Origin: an uncultured Bacilli bacterium
Lineage (GTDB): Bacteria > Bacillota_I > Bacilli_A > RF39 > UBA660
DNA: 64,000 bases
Assembly: GCA_944372545.1 (NCBI GenBank)
Contig: CALVZO010000002.1
Location: forward strand, 4,538 to 68,537
Reading direction: 5' to 3'
The notes beneath the pieces were generated by a model. That model saw only the letters and a program-made list of their open reading frames with translations, did no database searches and was not told the origin of the DNA. The position numbers and the translations under genes were made by a program. Shown here piece by piece: positions 1 through 7,900 of the stretch; position 1 is the stretch's first letter, and each line of letters starts with the position of its first letter.

Positions 1-1
1 A

Positions 2-463
2 GATAAAATTATTAAAAATGGTAATAAAAGTAAAGAAGGTGTTTCTATAATTATTGTTAATAACGAAGAAGTTATCAACTATTCAAATGAGAAAAATATA
101 AATATTACTAGATTAATTAGTTTAGATACTTTTAATAAAAGTGCTTTATATGAACAAGTTAATATAGATGATATAAATTATAAGAAAGTAGATAGAATGC
201 TTAAAAACAATAATTTAGATAAAAATATATGTTTTATAAATGATAATTTAATTGAGTATTGCAGGGAAGATAAGAAATATTTAGTCATCAATAATAAAGA
301 ATTAAATAATTATAATTTAAGTGAAGTAAAAAATAATATAGTAAGTGGAGATATTATTTTAATTAAAGATAATGTTAATATAACAGATTATAAAATATTA
401 ATAAAACAAATTTATTATCAAAATTTAAAAATTTTGTCTTTAAGTGATTTGATAAGCGAATAG
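2..463 (+). CDS. C-terminal part of a hypothetical N/K/I-rich protein truncated by the window edge
   Basis: Hand translation shows the frame of the 197..463 ORF stays open back to base 2. No recognisable motif. Confidence 0.4.
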   Translation, partial: DKIIKNGNKSKEGVSIIIVNNEEVINYSNEKNINITRLISLDTFNKSALYEQVNIDDINYKKVDRMLKNNNLDKNICFINDNLIEYCREDKKYLVINNKELNNYNLSEVKNNIVSGDIILIKDNVNITDYKILIKQIYYQNLKILSLSDLISE

Positions 464-517
464 AAAAAAAACAACTAATTTGTATTTCTACATTTTAGTC
501 GTTTTTTTGGTCATTAT
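458..517. repeat. Left copy of a ~60-bp direct repeat: GAATAG stop context, terminator hairpin and a degenerate murE 3' end
   Basis: gaatagaaaaaaaacaactaatttgtatttctacattttagtcgtttttttggtcat recurs at 1840..1898 with 1 indel and about 3 mismatches. It contains the hairpin aaaaacaactaa/ttagtcgttttt. Confidence 0.85.
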
Positions 518-645
518 TAATAATTCCAATGTTAATTAAATGAGCCAAACTTCCAAAAGCATACATTTTGTGTATAGTTTTGGAAAAATATTTCCAAAAA
601 TTGACTTTTAGTAAAAAATAATATATAATTATTACGAGGTGGATT

Positions 646-1845
646 ATGATAGAGAGAACTGAATATCTTGAAGAATTAAAGAGATGGAAAGATAAAGACT
701 TAATTAAAGTTGTTACTGGAATTAGAAGGTGTGGTAAATCAACATTATTTGTTTTATATATTGATTATTTAAAAGAAACAGGTATAAGTGAAGAACAAAT
801 TATACACATAAATTTAGAAGATGCTAAATACGATTTTAAGGATTATAAAGAATTATATAATTATATCAATAATAAAATAAAAAAGAATAAACAATATTAT
901 GTGTTTTTAGATGAAGTTCAAAATATTCCTCGGTTTCAAAAAGCAGTAGATAGTTTATATATTAAAAATAATGTTGATGTTTATATAACTGGATCCAATG
1001 CATATTTATTATCGGGAGAACTTGCTACATTATTATCAGGAAGATATATAGAAATAAAAATGCTACCACTTTCATTTAAAGAATATGTATCAGCATTTGA
1101 AGATAATAATTATCAACAATTATTTTTAAATTATATGAAAAATGGTGGAATGCCAGGTAATATAGATATTTTAAAAACGCACCCAAATGATGTAGATAAA
1201 TATTTAGATGGAATATTTTCAACAATAATATATAAAGATATAATGGCCAGAAAAAACATAACCGATAAAATGTTATTAGAAAGTGTATTAAAATATATAT
1301 TTGATAGTATAGGAAGTCCTATATCAACAAAGAAAATAAGTGATACTTTAACAAGTAAAAGTATGAAAACAAGTAATCATACTGTTGAAAATTATATAAC
1401 GGCATTTTTAGAAGGATATTTAATATATAAAGCAGAAAAATTTGATATTAAAGGAAAGAAATTGCTTGCTAGAGATTACAAATTTTATGCTGTAGATACT
1501 GGATTAAGAAGTTATTTGCTTGGTAAGAGGGCAGATAGTGATATGGGACATATATTAGAAAACATCGTATATTTAGAATTAATTAGAAGAGGGTATAAAG
1601 TTTATACTGGAAAAGTTGATGATTTAGAAATTGATTTTGTTGCGGAAAATAGAGATGGATTAAAATATTATCAAGTTGCTTTAACGGTAAGAGATAATAA
1701 AGTATTAGAAAGAGAATTAAAATCTTTACAAAATACTAAAGATTTTTATCCCAAAGTATTGCTAACATTAGATATGGATTTAGAAGCAGATTATGATGGC
1801 ATAAAAAAAGTGAATGTTGTAGACTGGCTACTTAAAAATGAATAG
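646..1845 (+). CDS. AAA+ ATPase of the AAA_14/DUF4143 type
   Basis: Walker A GIRRCGKST and Walker B-like YVFLDEVQ, ~400 aa. It is a paralog of 39509..40714 with the same domain order. Family assignment is from memory of DUF4143 ATPases. Confidence 0.75.
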   Translation: MIERTEYLEELKRWKDKDLIKVVTGIRRCGKSTLFVLYIDYLKETGISEEQIIHINLEDAKYDFKDYKELYNYINNKIKKNKQYYVFLDEVQNIPRFQKAVDSLYIKNNVDVYITGSNAYLLSGELATLLSGRYIEIKMLPLSFKEYVSAFEDNNYQQLFLNYMKNGGMPGNIDILKTHPNDVDKYLDGIFSTIIYKDIMARKNITDKMLLESVLKYIFDSIGSPISTKKISDTLTSKSMKTSNHTVENYITAFLEGYLIYKAEKFDIKGKKLLARDYKFYAVDTGLRSYLLGKRADSDMGHILENIVYLELIRRGYKVYTGKVDDLEIDFVAENRDGLKYYQVALTVRDNKVLERELKSLQNTKDFYPKVLLTLDMDLEADYDGIKKVNVVDWLLKNE

Positions 1846-1898
1846 AAAAAAACAACTAATTTGTATTTCTACATTTTAGTTGTTTTTTTGTTCATGAT
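1840..1898. repeat. Right copy of the direct repeat; doubles as the bidirectional terminator shared with murE and includes the functional murE 3' end
   Basis: Near-identical to 458..517. Perfect 12-bp stem aaaaacaactaa/ttagttgttttt with U-runs on both strands. Confidence 0.85.
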
Positions 1899-3252
1899 TT
1901 TGAATATATTCTTTAATAATTTCTGCATCATCTAAATGAATTTTTTCATGGCCAATAATTTGATAATCTTCATGTCCTTTACCAAGAACTAATAAAATAT
2001 CTTCATTATCTAACATATCTAGTCCTTTAGTAATTGCACTTTTTCTATCATATATTACTTCATAATTTACGCTTTTATTATCTTTAATAATATCGGCCAT
2101 TATTTTCGATGGGTCTTCAGTTCTTGGATTATCATTAGTAAATATTACATAATCACTTAACTTAGTAGCAATACTACCCATAATTGGTCTTTTAATTGGA
2201 TCTCTATCACCGCCACACCCAACAATAGTTATAATTCTATTTTTCTTTAATTCAGTATAAGCACTTATAACTTTTTCAACAGCATCTGGTGTATGGGCAT
2301 AATCAACTACAGCATAACCTTTTAATACTTTATAAGTTTCACATCTTCCTTTAGGTGGATATATATCTTTTGTTATATTAATAATACTTTCAATACTAAA
2401 TCCTAAATTATTTACAATACTTAAACTTGTTAAATAATTATATATATTAAATTTACTAGTTAAATTAGTAGTAACTTCATATTCATTATTTTTATAAGAA
2501 AACTTTATATGAGTACTTGCGGGAGTAATATTATAATCTAATATTTTATAATCACCTTTTAGTCCAAATGATAAAGTATTTTTATATATTTTAAATTTTT
2601 CACTAGATAAATCATCACTATTAACAAGCATATAAGCATCTTTATTTAAATAATTTAATATTTTTAATTTTTCTTCTAAATAATTAGCCATTGTTTTATG
2701 ATAATCAAGATGGTCTTCAGTTAAATTAGTAAATCCTGCCGCAGTAAACTTAAGACCTTTAACTCTTTCATAAGATAGAGCATGACTAGATACTTCCATT
2801 ACAACATATTCACAATTATTTTCATAAGCATTCATTAATAATTTATATAATGTTAAGATATCTGGTGTAGTATTATTAAGTTCTTCATAAGTATTATTTA
2901 TATAATAACCAATTGTTCCTATATATGCTGTATTTTTTCCTAATTTATTTAACATTTGATAAATTAAATAACAAGAAGTAGTTTTCCCATTTGTACCAGT
3001 TACTCCAATTATCTTTAATTTATTTATATATTCACTATATTCTTTAACTAATACATCTTTTAAATATTCTTCTGTATTATCTACTTTTTCATAAGGTACA
3101 TTTAAATTTAAATCATATTCTCCAACTACTTTACTAGCCCCATTATTTATGGCATCTTCTATATAATCATGACCATCAACAGTATGTCCTTTAAGAGCAA
3201 TAAAAATTTGTCCTTTAGTTATATTTTTTGAATTTGTTTCATATTTTAGCAT
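1876..3252 (-). CDS. murE: UDP-N-acetylmuramoyl-L-alanyl-D-glutamate--2,6-diaminopimelate ligase
   Basis: Mur ligase P-loop GVTGTNGKTT and a DNPR motif (TNDNPRTEDP), which is typical of meso-DAP-adding MurE. 458 aa. Confidence 0.85.
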   Translation of the reverse strand: MLKYETNSKNITKGQIFIALKGHTVDGHDYIEDAINNGASKVVGEYDLNLNVPYEKVDNTEEYLKDVLVKEYSEYINKLKIIGVTGTNGKTTSCYLIYQMLNKLGKNTAYIGTIGYYINNTYEELNNTTPDILTLYKLLMNAYENNCEYVVMEVSSHALSYERVKGLKFTAAGFTNLTEDHLDYHKTMANYLEEKLKILNYLNKDAYMLVNSDDLSSEKFKIYKNTLSFGLKGDYKILDYNITPASTHIKFSYKNNEYEVTTNLTSKFNIYNYLTSLSIVNNLGFSIESIINITKDIYPPKGRCETYKVLKGYAVVDYAHTPDAVEKVISAYTELKKNRIITIVGCGGDRDPIKRPIMGSIATKLSDYVIFTNDNPRTEDPSKIMADIIKDNKSVNYEVIYDRKSAITKGLDMLDNEDILLVLGKGHEDYQIIGHEKIHLDDAEIIKEYIQNHEQKNN

Positions 3253-3394
3253 AAAATCCCTCCTTTAATTATTATATTATAATATATTTTTATTTTTTTA
3301 GTAAGAAGTTTATGCACTTATTTTTGAATAACCCGTTAAAACCCCACTATTTAAGTTAAAGTAATTATGTTATAATTAGTTAAGTGGTGATTTT

Positions 3395-4480
3395 ATGAAA
3401 AAAATTATATTAACTGGTGATAGACCTACAGGAAAATTACATTTAGGACATTATGTTGGTTCTTTAAAAACAAGAGTTAAACTACAAAATAGTGGTGAAT
3501 ATGATGAAATTTATTTAATGATCGCTGATAGTCAAGCCTTAACTGATAATTTTGATAATCCTAAAAAGGTTAGAGATAACGTTTTAGAAGTTGCTTTATT
3601 TTATTTAGCATGTGGAATAGACCCAAAGAAAACAAATATATTTATTCAGTCCCAAATTCCTGCCTTAACTGAATTAACATTTTATTATATGAATTTAGTT
3701 ACTGTTTCAAGATTATATAGAAATCCAACAGTTAAACAAGAATTAAATTTAAGAGGGTTTGAAGAAAGTATTCCATCAGGATTTTTAAATTACCCAGTTA
3801 GCCAAACTGCTGATATTACCGCATTTAATGCAACAACTGTACCAGTGGGAGAAGACCAATTACCAATGCTTGAACAAGCAAGAGAAATAGTGCACTCATT
3901 TAATCGTATATATGGAGATACTTTAGTAAGTCCAAAAGAATTACTACCAGATAGTAGTTATGCTAAAAGACTTCCTGGAATTGATGGCAAAGCCAAAATG
4001 AGTAAATCGCTTAATAATTGTATTTATTTAGATGACTCTGATGAAGAAATTAATAAAAAAGTAATGCAAATGTATACAGATCCTAATCATATTAAAGTAA
4101 GTGACCCAGGACAAATTGAAGGTAATGTCGTATTTACTTATTTAGATGTTTTCTCTACTGAAGAACACTTTGCTAAATATTTAAGTGATTATAATAACTT
4201 AGATGAATTAAAGGCTCATTATCAAAAAGGGGGACTTGGTGATGTTACTATTAAGAAATTCTTAAGTAATATTTTATGTGAAATTATTAGTCCAATTAGA
4301 AATGAATATAATAAATTAAAAAATAATTTAGATTATGTTTTAGAAGTTTTAGAAAATGGAACAAAAATCGCTAATGAAAAAGCAAATGCGACTTTAAAAT
4401 TAGTGAGAAAAAGTATGGGCATAGATTATTTTGAAAATGAAAATTTTAAAAAAGAAATGCAAGAAAAATTTAAGAATTAA
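3395..4480 (+). CDS. trpS: Tryptophan--tRNA ligase
   Basis: Class I HIGH-type motif GKLHLGHY, VPVGEDQ and KMSKS. Length and N-terminus GDRPTG fit TrpRS rather than TyrRS. Confidence 0.85.
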   Translation: MKKIILTGDRPTGKLHLGHYVGSLKTRVKLQNSGEYDEIYLMIADSQALTDNFDNPKKVRDNVLEVALFYLACGIDPKKTNIFIQSQIPALTELTFYYMNLVTVSRLYRNPTVKQELNLRGFEESIPSGFLNYPVSQTADITAFNATTVPVGEDQLPMLEQAREIVHSFNRIYGDTLVSPKELLPDSSYAKRLPGIDGKAKMSKSLNNCIYLDDSDEEINKKVMQMYTDPNHIKVSDPGQIEGNVVFTYLDVFSTEEHFAKYLSDYNNLDELKAHYQKGGLGDVTIKKFLSNILCEIISPIRNEYNKLKNNLDYVLEVLENGTKIANEKANATLKLVRKSMGIDYFENENFKKEMQEKFKN

Positions 4481-4548
4481 AAAAGAGATATAGAAATTAA
4501 AATAGCATTAAGTATCGTTAAATTATATTATGAAATTACAATTAAAAA

Positions 4549-4598
4549 AGGGAATATTAGAAATACATTTCCTAGTTCTAATATTTCCTTTTTATTTT
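4549..4598 (+). terminator. Rho-independent terminator after trpS
   Basis: Stem gggaatattagaa / ttctaatatttcc followed by tttttatttt. Confidence 0.7.
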
Positions 4599-4718
4599 CT
4601 ATAATTTAGATTCAATTGTTATTATTAAATTTTCTTTTTTTGCAATATTTAAAAGCAATTCAAAAACAAAATTTCTTTGACTGTAATTTAAAAAAAGAAG
4701 TGCACAGAAGTTGTGCAA

Positions 4719-4759
4719 TAAGCAAAATATGTCGTCAACGAAGACGTTAAAATAGACAA
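4719..4759. repeat. ~41-nt element containing the small hairpin CGTC-aacgaa-GACG, copy A
   Basis: taagcaaaatatgtcgtcaacgaagacgttaaaatagaca. The 25-nt core tcgtcaacgaagacgttaaaataga (4732..4756) is identical to 45645..45669. Confidence 0.8.
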
Positions 4760-4910
4760 AAGTATGTTTCACACATACTTCTTCCTGTTTAATTTAAGGC
4801 AAACCTTAGGGTTTGCTTTTAGAATATATAAGTTTATTCTAACAACTATTAAAAATAAATTGAAAAAAGTATCAAATTTTGATATTCTATATAATAGAAG
4901 AAGGTTGGTT

Positions 4911-7319
4911 ATGGCTAGTTTAGAGAATCACTTTAAAATTAATCCTGATGATTTAATAAGTAATTCACGCATAGTTTTTAAAGGCATCAATTACCGAATT
5001 ACTGTTTTAAGTGAGCGCTTAATTCGTTTTGAATATGCCTTAGATGGCAGTTTTTATGATGGAGCAACTGAAATAGTACATAACAGAAATTTTAAAGTAC
5101 CGAAAATTAAAGCCGAACAAGATGATAAATATTTAGTTATAACAACAAAATACTTTATGATGCAATATGCTAAAGAAAAACCATTTAAGGGGCCATCTTT
5201 CGCACCAGATTCTAATTTAAAAGTCAAGTTAGTAAACACTGATAAGATGTGGTATTATTCTCACCCTGAAGCAAGAAACTTTAAAGGTAGTGCTTTTAGT
5301 ATAGAAGATTTTGGAAGTGAAACATCTCTATCTAATGGACTTTATTCTACTGATGGTTTTGCTGTTTTAGATGACTCAAATAGTATGCTTATAAGTAATG
5401 ATGGTTTAATGTATACAAGTAATAAAAAAAGAATAGATTTCTATTTATTTGCTTATAGAAGAGATTTTGGTTTATGTCTAAAAGATTATTTTACTCTTAC
5501 AGGAAATCCCCCATTAATACCTAGATATGCTTTAGGTATATGGTGGAATAGAGATCAAATATATAGTTTTTCTGATACAAAAAAATTAGTTGAGGTATTT
5601 AAAAAACATGAGATACCTATATCAGTATTATTACTAAGTGAATTTTGGCATAAGAAAGATAAAAATAATTATAATTTATATAAGACTGGTTATTCATTTA
5701 ACGAAGAATTATTTCCAAATCCTAGTGAATTTGTTAATTATATGCATGAATTAGGAATTCATATTGGGCTTAATTTAGATGGCTCAGAAGGTATAAATGC
5801 TTTAGAAAATAATTATCTTAAGATGTGTAGTGAATTAGGATTAGAGACTGATAAAGTTATACCTTTTAAAGTATTAGATGCAAACTTTATAGTAAGTTAT
5901 TTAAATAATTTAATTAAGCCTTTAGATGATATTGGCATAGATTTTTATTGGTTAGATAATAAAGAAGAGGTAACTATTAGAGCATTATCTTATTATCACA
6001 TTAATAATTACAAACAAAATAAAAAGAATAGAGGTATGATTTTAGCACGAAATGGTGGTAAATCATCTCATTTATATCCAGTCCATTATTCTGGGGAAAC
6101 TAAAGTTGGTTGGGATACTTTAAAGTATTTACCTTATTTTAATTCTACTGCAAGCAATATTGGATTATCTTGGTGGAGTCATGATGTTGGAGGATTTAAA
6201 AATGGAATAGAAGATGAAGAACTATATTTAAGATATGTTCAGTTTTCAACATTTAGTCCGATATTTAGATTTAGTGCTAAAAGAGGAGCCTATTATAAAA
6301 GAGAACCATGGCGTTGGGATATGAAAACTTATGCAATTACTAAAGAATACTCCCAATTAAGACATAGATTAATTCCTTATTTATATACAGAAAGTTATAA
6401 ATATTACAATACTTGTTTACCAATAATTCAACCACTTTACTATTATTATCCAGAACTTTTTGATGAGCCAAATTATCGTAATGAATATTATTTTGGCACC
6501 GAATTATTAATATCACCAATTACAAAGAAAAAAGATAATGTCATGAATAGGACAGTTGAAAAAATATTTTTACCTAAAGGAACTTGGTATGATTTTAAAA
6601 CTGGTAAAAAATTTATTGGTAATAAAAGATATATTTCTTTTTTCAAAGATGAAGACTACCCAGTATTTGCTAAGTCTGGAGCAATTATTCCTCTTGCAAT
6701 TTTAGATGAAAATATAAATAATACCAATTCTCCTTCTAAAATGGAAATAGATATATTCCCAGGAAGTAGTAATGTTTACAGATTATATGAAGATGATGGC
6801 ATTTCTTCTTTATATAAAGATGGTTATTATATAATTAGTGCCATTGATTTCAATTATGCTCCCGATAATTATAGTTTATCTATTCACCCAGTTGAAGGTA
6901 AAACAGGAATTATACCAGATTACAGAGATTACACAATTAAATTTAGAAATACTAGATTACCAGAAAAAATTAATATAGATATAAATAGTAAGTTAATTAC
7001 TGATTATAAGGCATATATTAGTGATAATGATTTAGTTATTGAAATAAAGGGAATAGATACAAGAAAACAATTAAATATTAATTGTATTGGTAATAATATA
7101 GAAATAGATGCGGTTAGAATTATTAATGAAGATATTAATGAAATCATAAGTGGTTTAAAAATTGAAACATTATTAAAAGAAAGACTTGCTGCTATTTTAT
7201 TTAGTGATTTAGATATTAGTAAAAAAAGAATTGAAGTTAGAAAGTTAAAAAATGCTGGATTGGATCAATTATTTATCAAAATGTTTATAAAACTTCTTGA
7301 ATATATTAGTGAAATTTAA
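4911..7319 (+). CDS. Glycoside hydrolase family 31 (alpha-glucosidase/alpha-xylosidase-like)
   Basis: GH31-like motifs GIDFYWLDN and WWSHDVGGF, ~800 aa. Start moved from 4764 to the ATG at 4911 (MASLENH) behind gaagaagg, because the upstream extension crosses a terminator hairpin. Confidence 0.7.
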   Translation: MASLENHFKINPDDLISNSRIVFKGINYRITVLSERLIRFEYALDGSFYDGATEIVHNRNFKVPKIKAEQDDKYLVITTKYFMMQYAKEKPFKGPSFAPDSNLKVKLVNTDKMWYYSHPEARNFKGSAFSIEDFGSETSLSNGLYSTDGFAVLDDSNSMLISNDGLMYTSNKKRIDFYLFAYRRDFGLCLKDYFTLTGNPPLIPRYALGIWWNRDQIYSFSDTKKLVEVFKKHEIPISVLLLSEFWHKKDKNNYNLYKTGYSFNEELFPNPSEFVNYMHELGIHIGLNLDGSEGINALENNYLKMCSELGLETDKVIPFKVLDANFIVSYLNNLIKPLDDIGIDFYWLDNKEEVTIRALSYYHINNYKQNKKNRGMILARNGGKSSHLYPVHYSGETKVGWDTLKYLPYFNSTASNIGLSWWSHDVGGFKNGIEDEELYLRYVQFSTFSPIFRFSAKRGAYYKREPWRWDMKTYAITKEYSQLRHRLIPYLYTESYKYYNTCLPIIQPLYYYYPELFDEPNYRNEYYFGTELLISPITKKKDNVMNRTVEKIFLPKGTWYDFKTGKKFIGNKRYISFFKDEDYPVFAKSGAIIPLAILDENINNTNSPSKMEIDIFPGSSNVYRLYEDDGISSLYKDGYYIISAIDFNYAPDNYSLSIHPVEGKTGIIPDYRDYTIKFRNTRLPEKINIDINSKLITDYKAYISDNDLVIEIKGIDTRKQLNINCIGNNIEIDAVRIINEDINEIISGLKIETLLKERLAAILFSDLDISKKRIEVRKLKNAGLDQLFIKMFIKLLEYISEI

Positions 7320-7331
7320 TATAATAGGCGT

Positions 7332-7520
7332 AGCAGTTGAGAAAAGAGTAGTAATAGTTTAGAAATTTTATAGAGAGTTAGTGGTTGGTGCAAACTAATA
7401 ATTAATAAATTATGAACTTGCTTTTTGATGTATTAGGGTAGTTCCTATAAAGACTAAGAGTGTGAATTAAGGTGGTACCGCGGGGAAACTCGTCCTTTGG
7501 TTATCGCCTTTTTTATTTAG
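7332..7520 (+). promoter_or_regulatory. T-box leader, Leu-specific (specifier CUU)
   Basis: TTGAAT (7297..7302), 17-nt spacer, TATAAT (7320..7325). AGAGAG bulge and distal GGUGCAAAC. GAA-CUU-G at 7414..7420. T-box aattaaggtggtaccgcgg at 7465..7483, then a terminator with a U-run. UGGU matches discriminator A73. Confidence 0.85.
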
Positions 7521-7528
7521 GAGGCAAT

Positions 7529-7900
7529 ATGGAATTATTAATAATATTTAGTTTAATTTTCTTAATTGTTTTTATCGTATACTATATGATTTTAAAAAAT
7601 AATTATTTAAAAAACAATAAGAAAAAGAAGAAAAAGAAAAATGATGTTACAGAAATACTTTATTTAGTTAGTAAATTTAAGTTAAAGAAAGAAGATTTAA
7701 TTAATAAAAAGATGTTTATAATAATTTCTTTATTAAATGCTTTTATAATTTCTATAGTATGTACAATTATATTTTTAATTGATACACCATTTTATATAAG
7801 ATTAATAATTGGTTTTGTTCTTCTATTTGCCCTCATATATGCTTTATATGAATTATTAGGAAGATATTTAGTGAAAGTAGGTAGTGATAATGAATTTTAA
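7529..7900 (+). CDS. Small membrane protein (123 aa; about 3 hydrophobic helices and a K8 run) located between the T-box and leuS
   Basis: AGGAGG RBS 5 nt upstream of the ATG at 7529. Hydrophobic segments are present. Overlaps the leuS start. No homology recognised. Confidence 0.5.
   Translation: MELLIIFSLIFLIVFIVYYMILKNNYLKNNKKKKKKKNDVTEILYLVSKFKLKKEDLINKKMFIIISLLNAFIISIVCTIIFLIDTPFYIRLIIGFVLLFALIYALYELLGRYLVKVGSDNEF

Noticed and set aside
4764-4910. N-terminal extension of the GH31 ORF (MFHTYFFLFNLRQTLGFAF...).
   Set aside because: It runs through a terminator hairpin (gcaaacc-ttag-ggtttgc plus T-run) and has no RBS. The ATG at 4911 has a purine-rich RBS and begins the conserved part.
7472-7528. 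A shared N-terminal peptide MVPRGNS(S/A)F appears at the start of ORFs 7472..7900 and 40942..44082. It looked like a conserved protein motif.
   Set aside because: It is the translation of the conserved T-box RNA sequence (ggtggtaccgcggggaaactcg). The true starts are the RBS-preceded ATGs at 7529 and 41002.
7612-7645. The A-rich lysine run (aataagaaaaagaagaaaaagaaaaat) was considered as a possible slippery or phase-variable tract.
   Set aside because: It is interrupted by G every few bases, with no homopolymer longer than 5, and the frame is intact. It is most simply a K-rich cytoplasmic loop.
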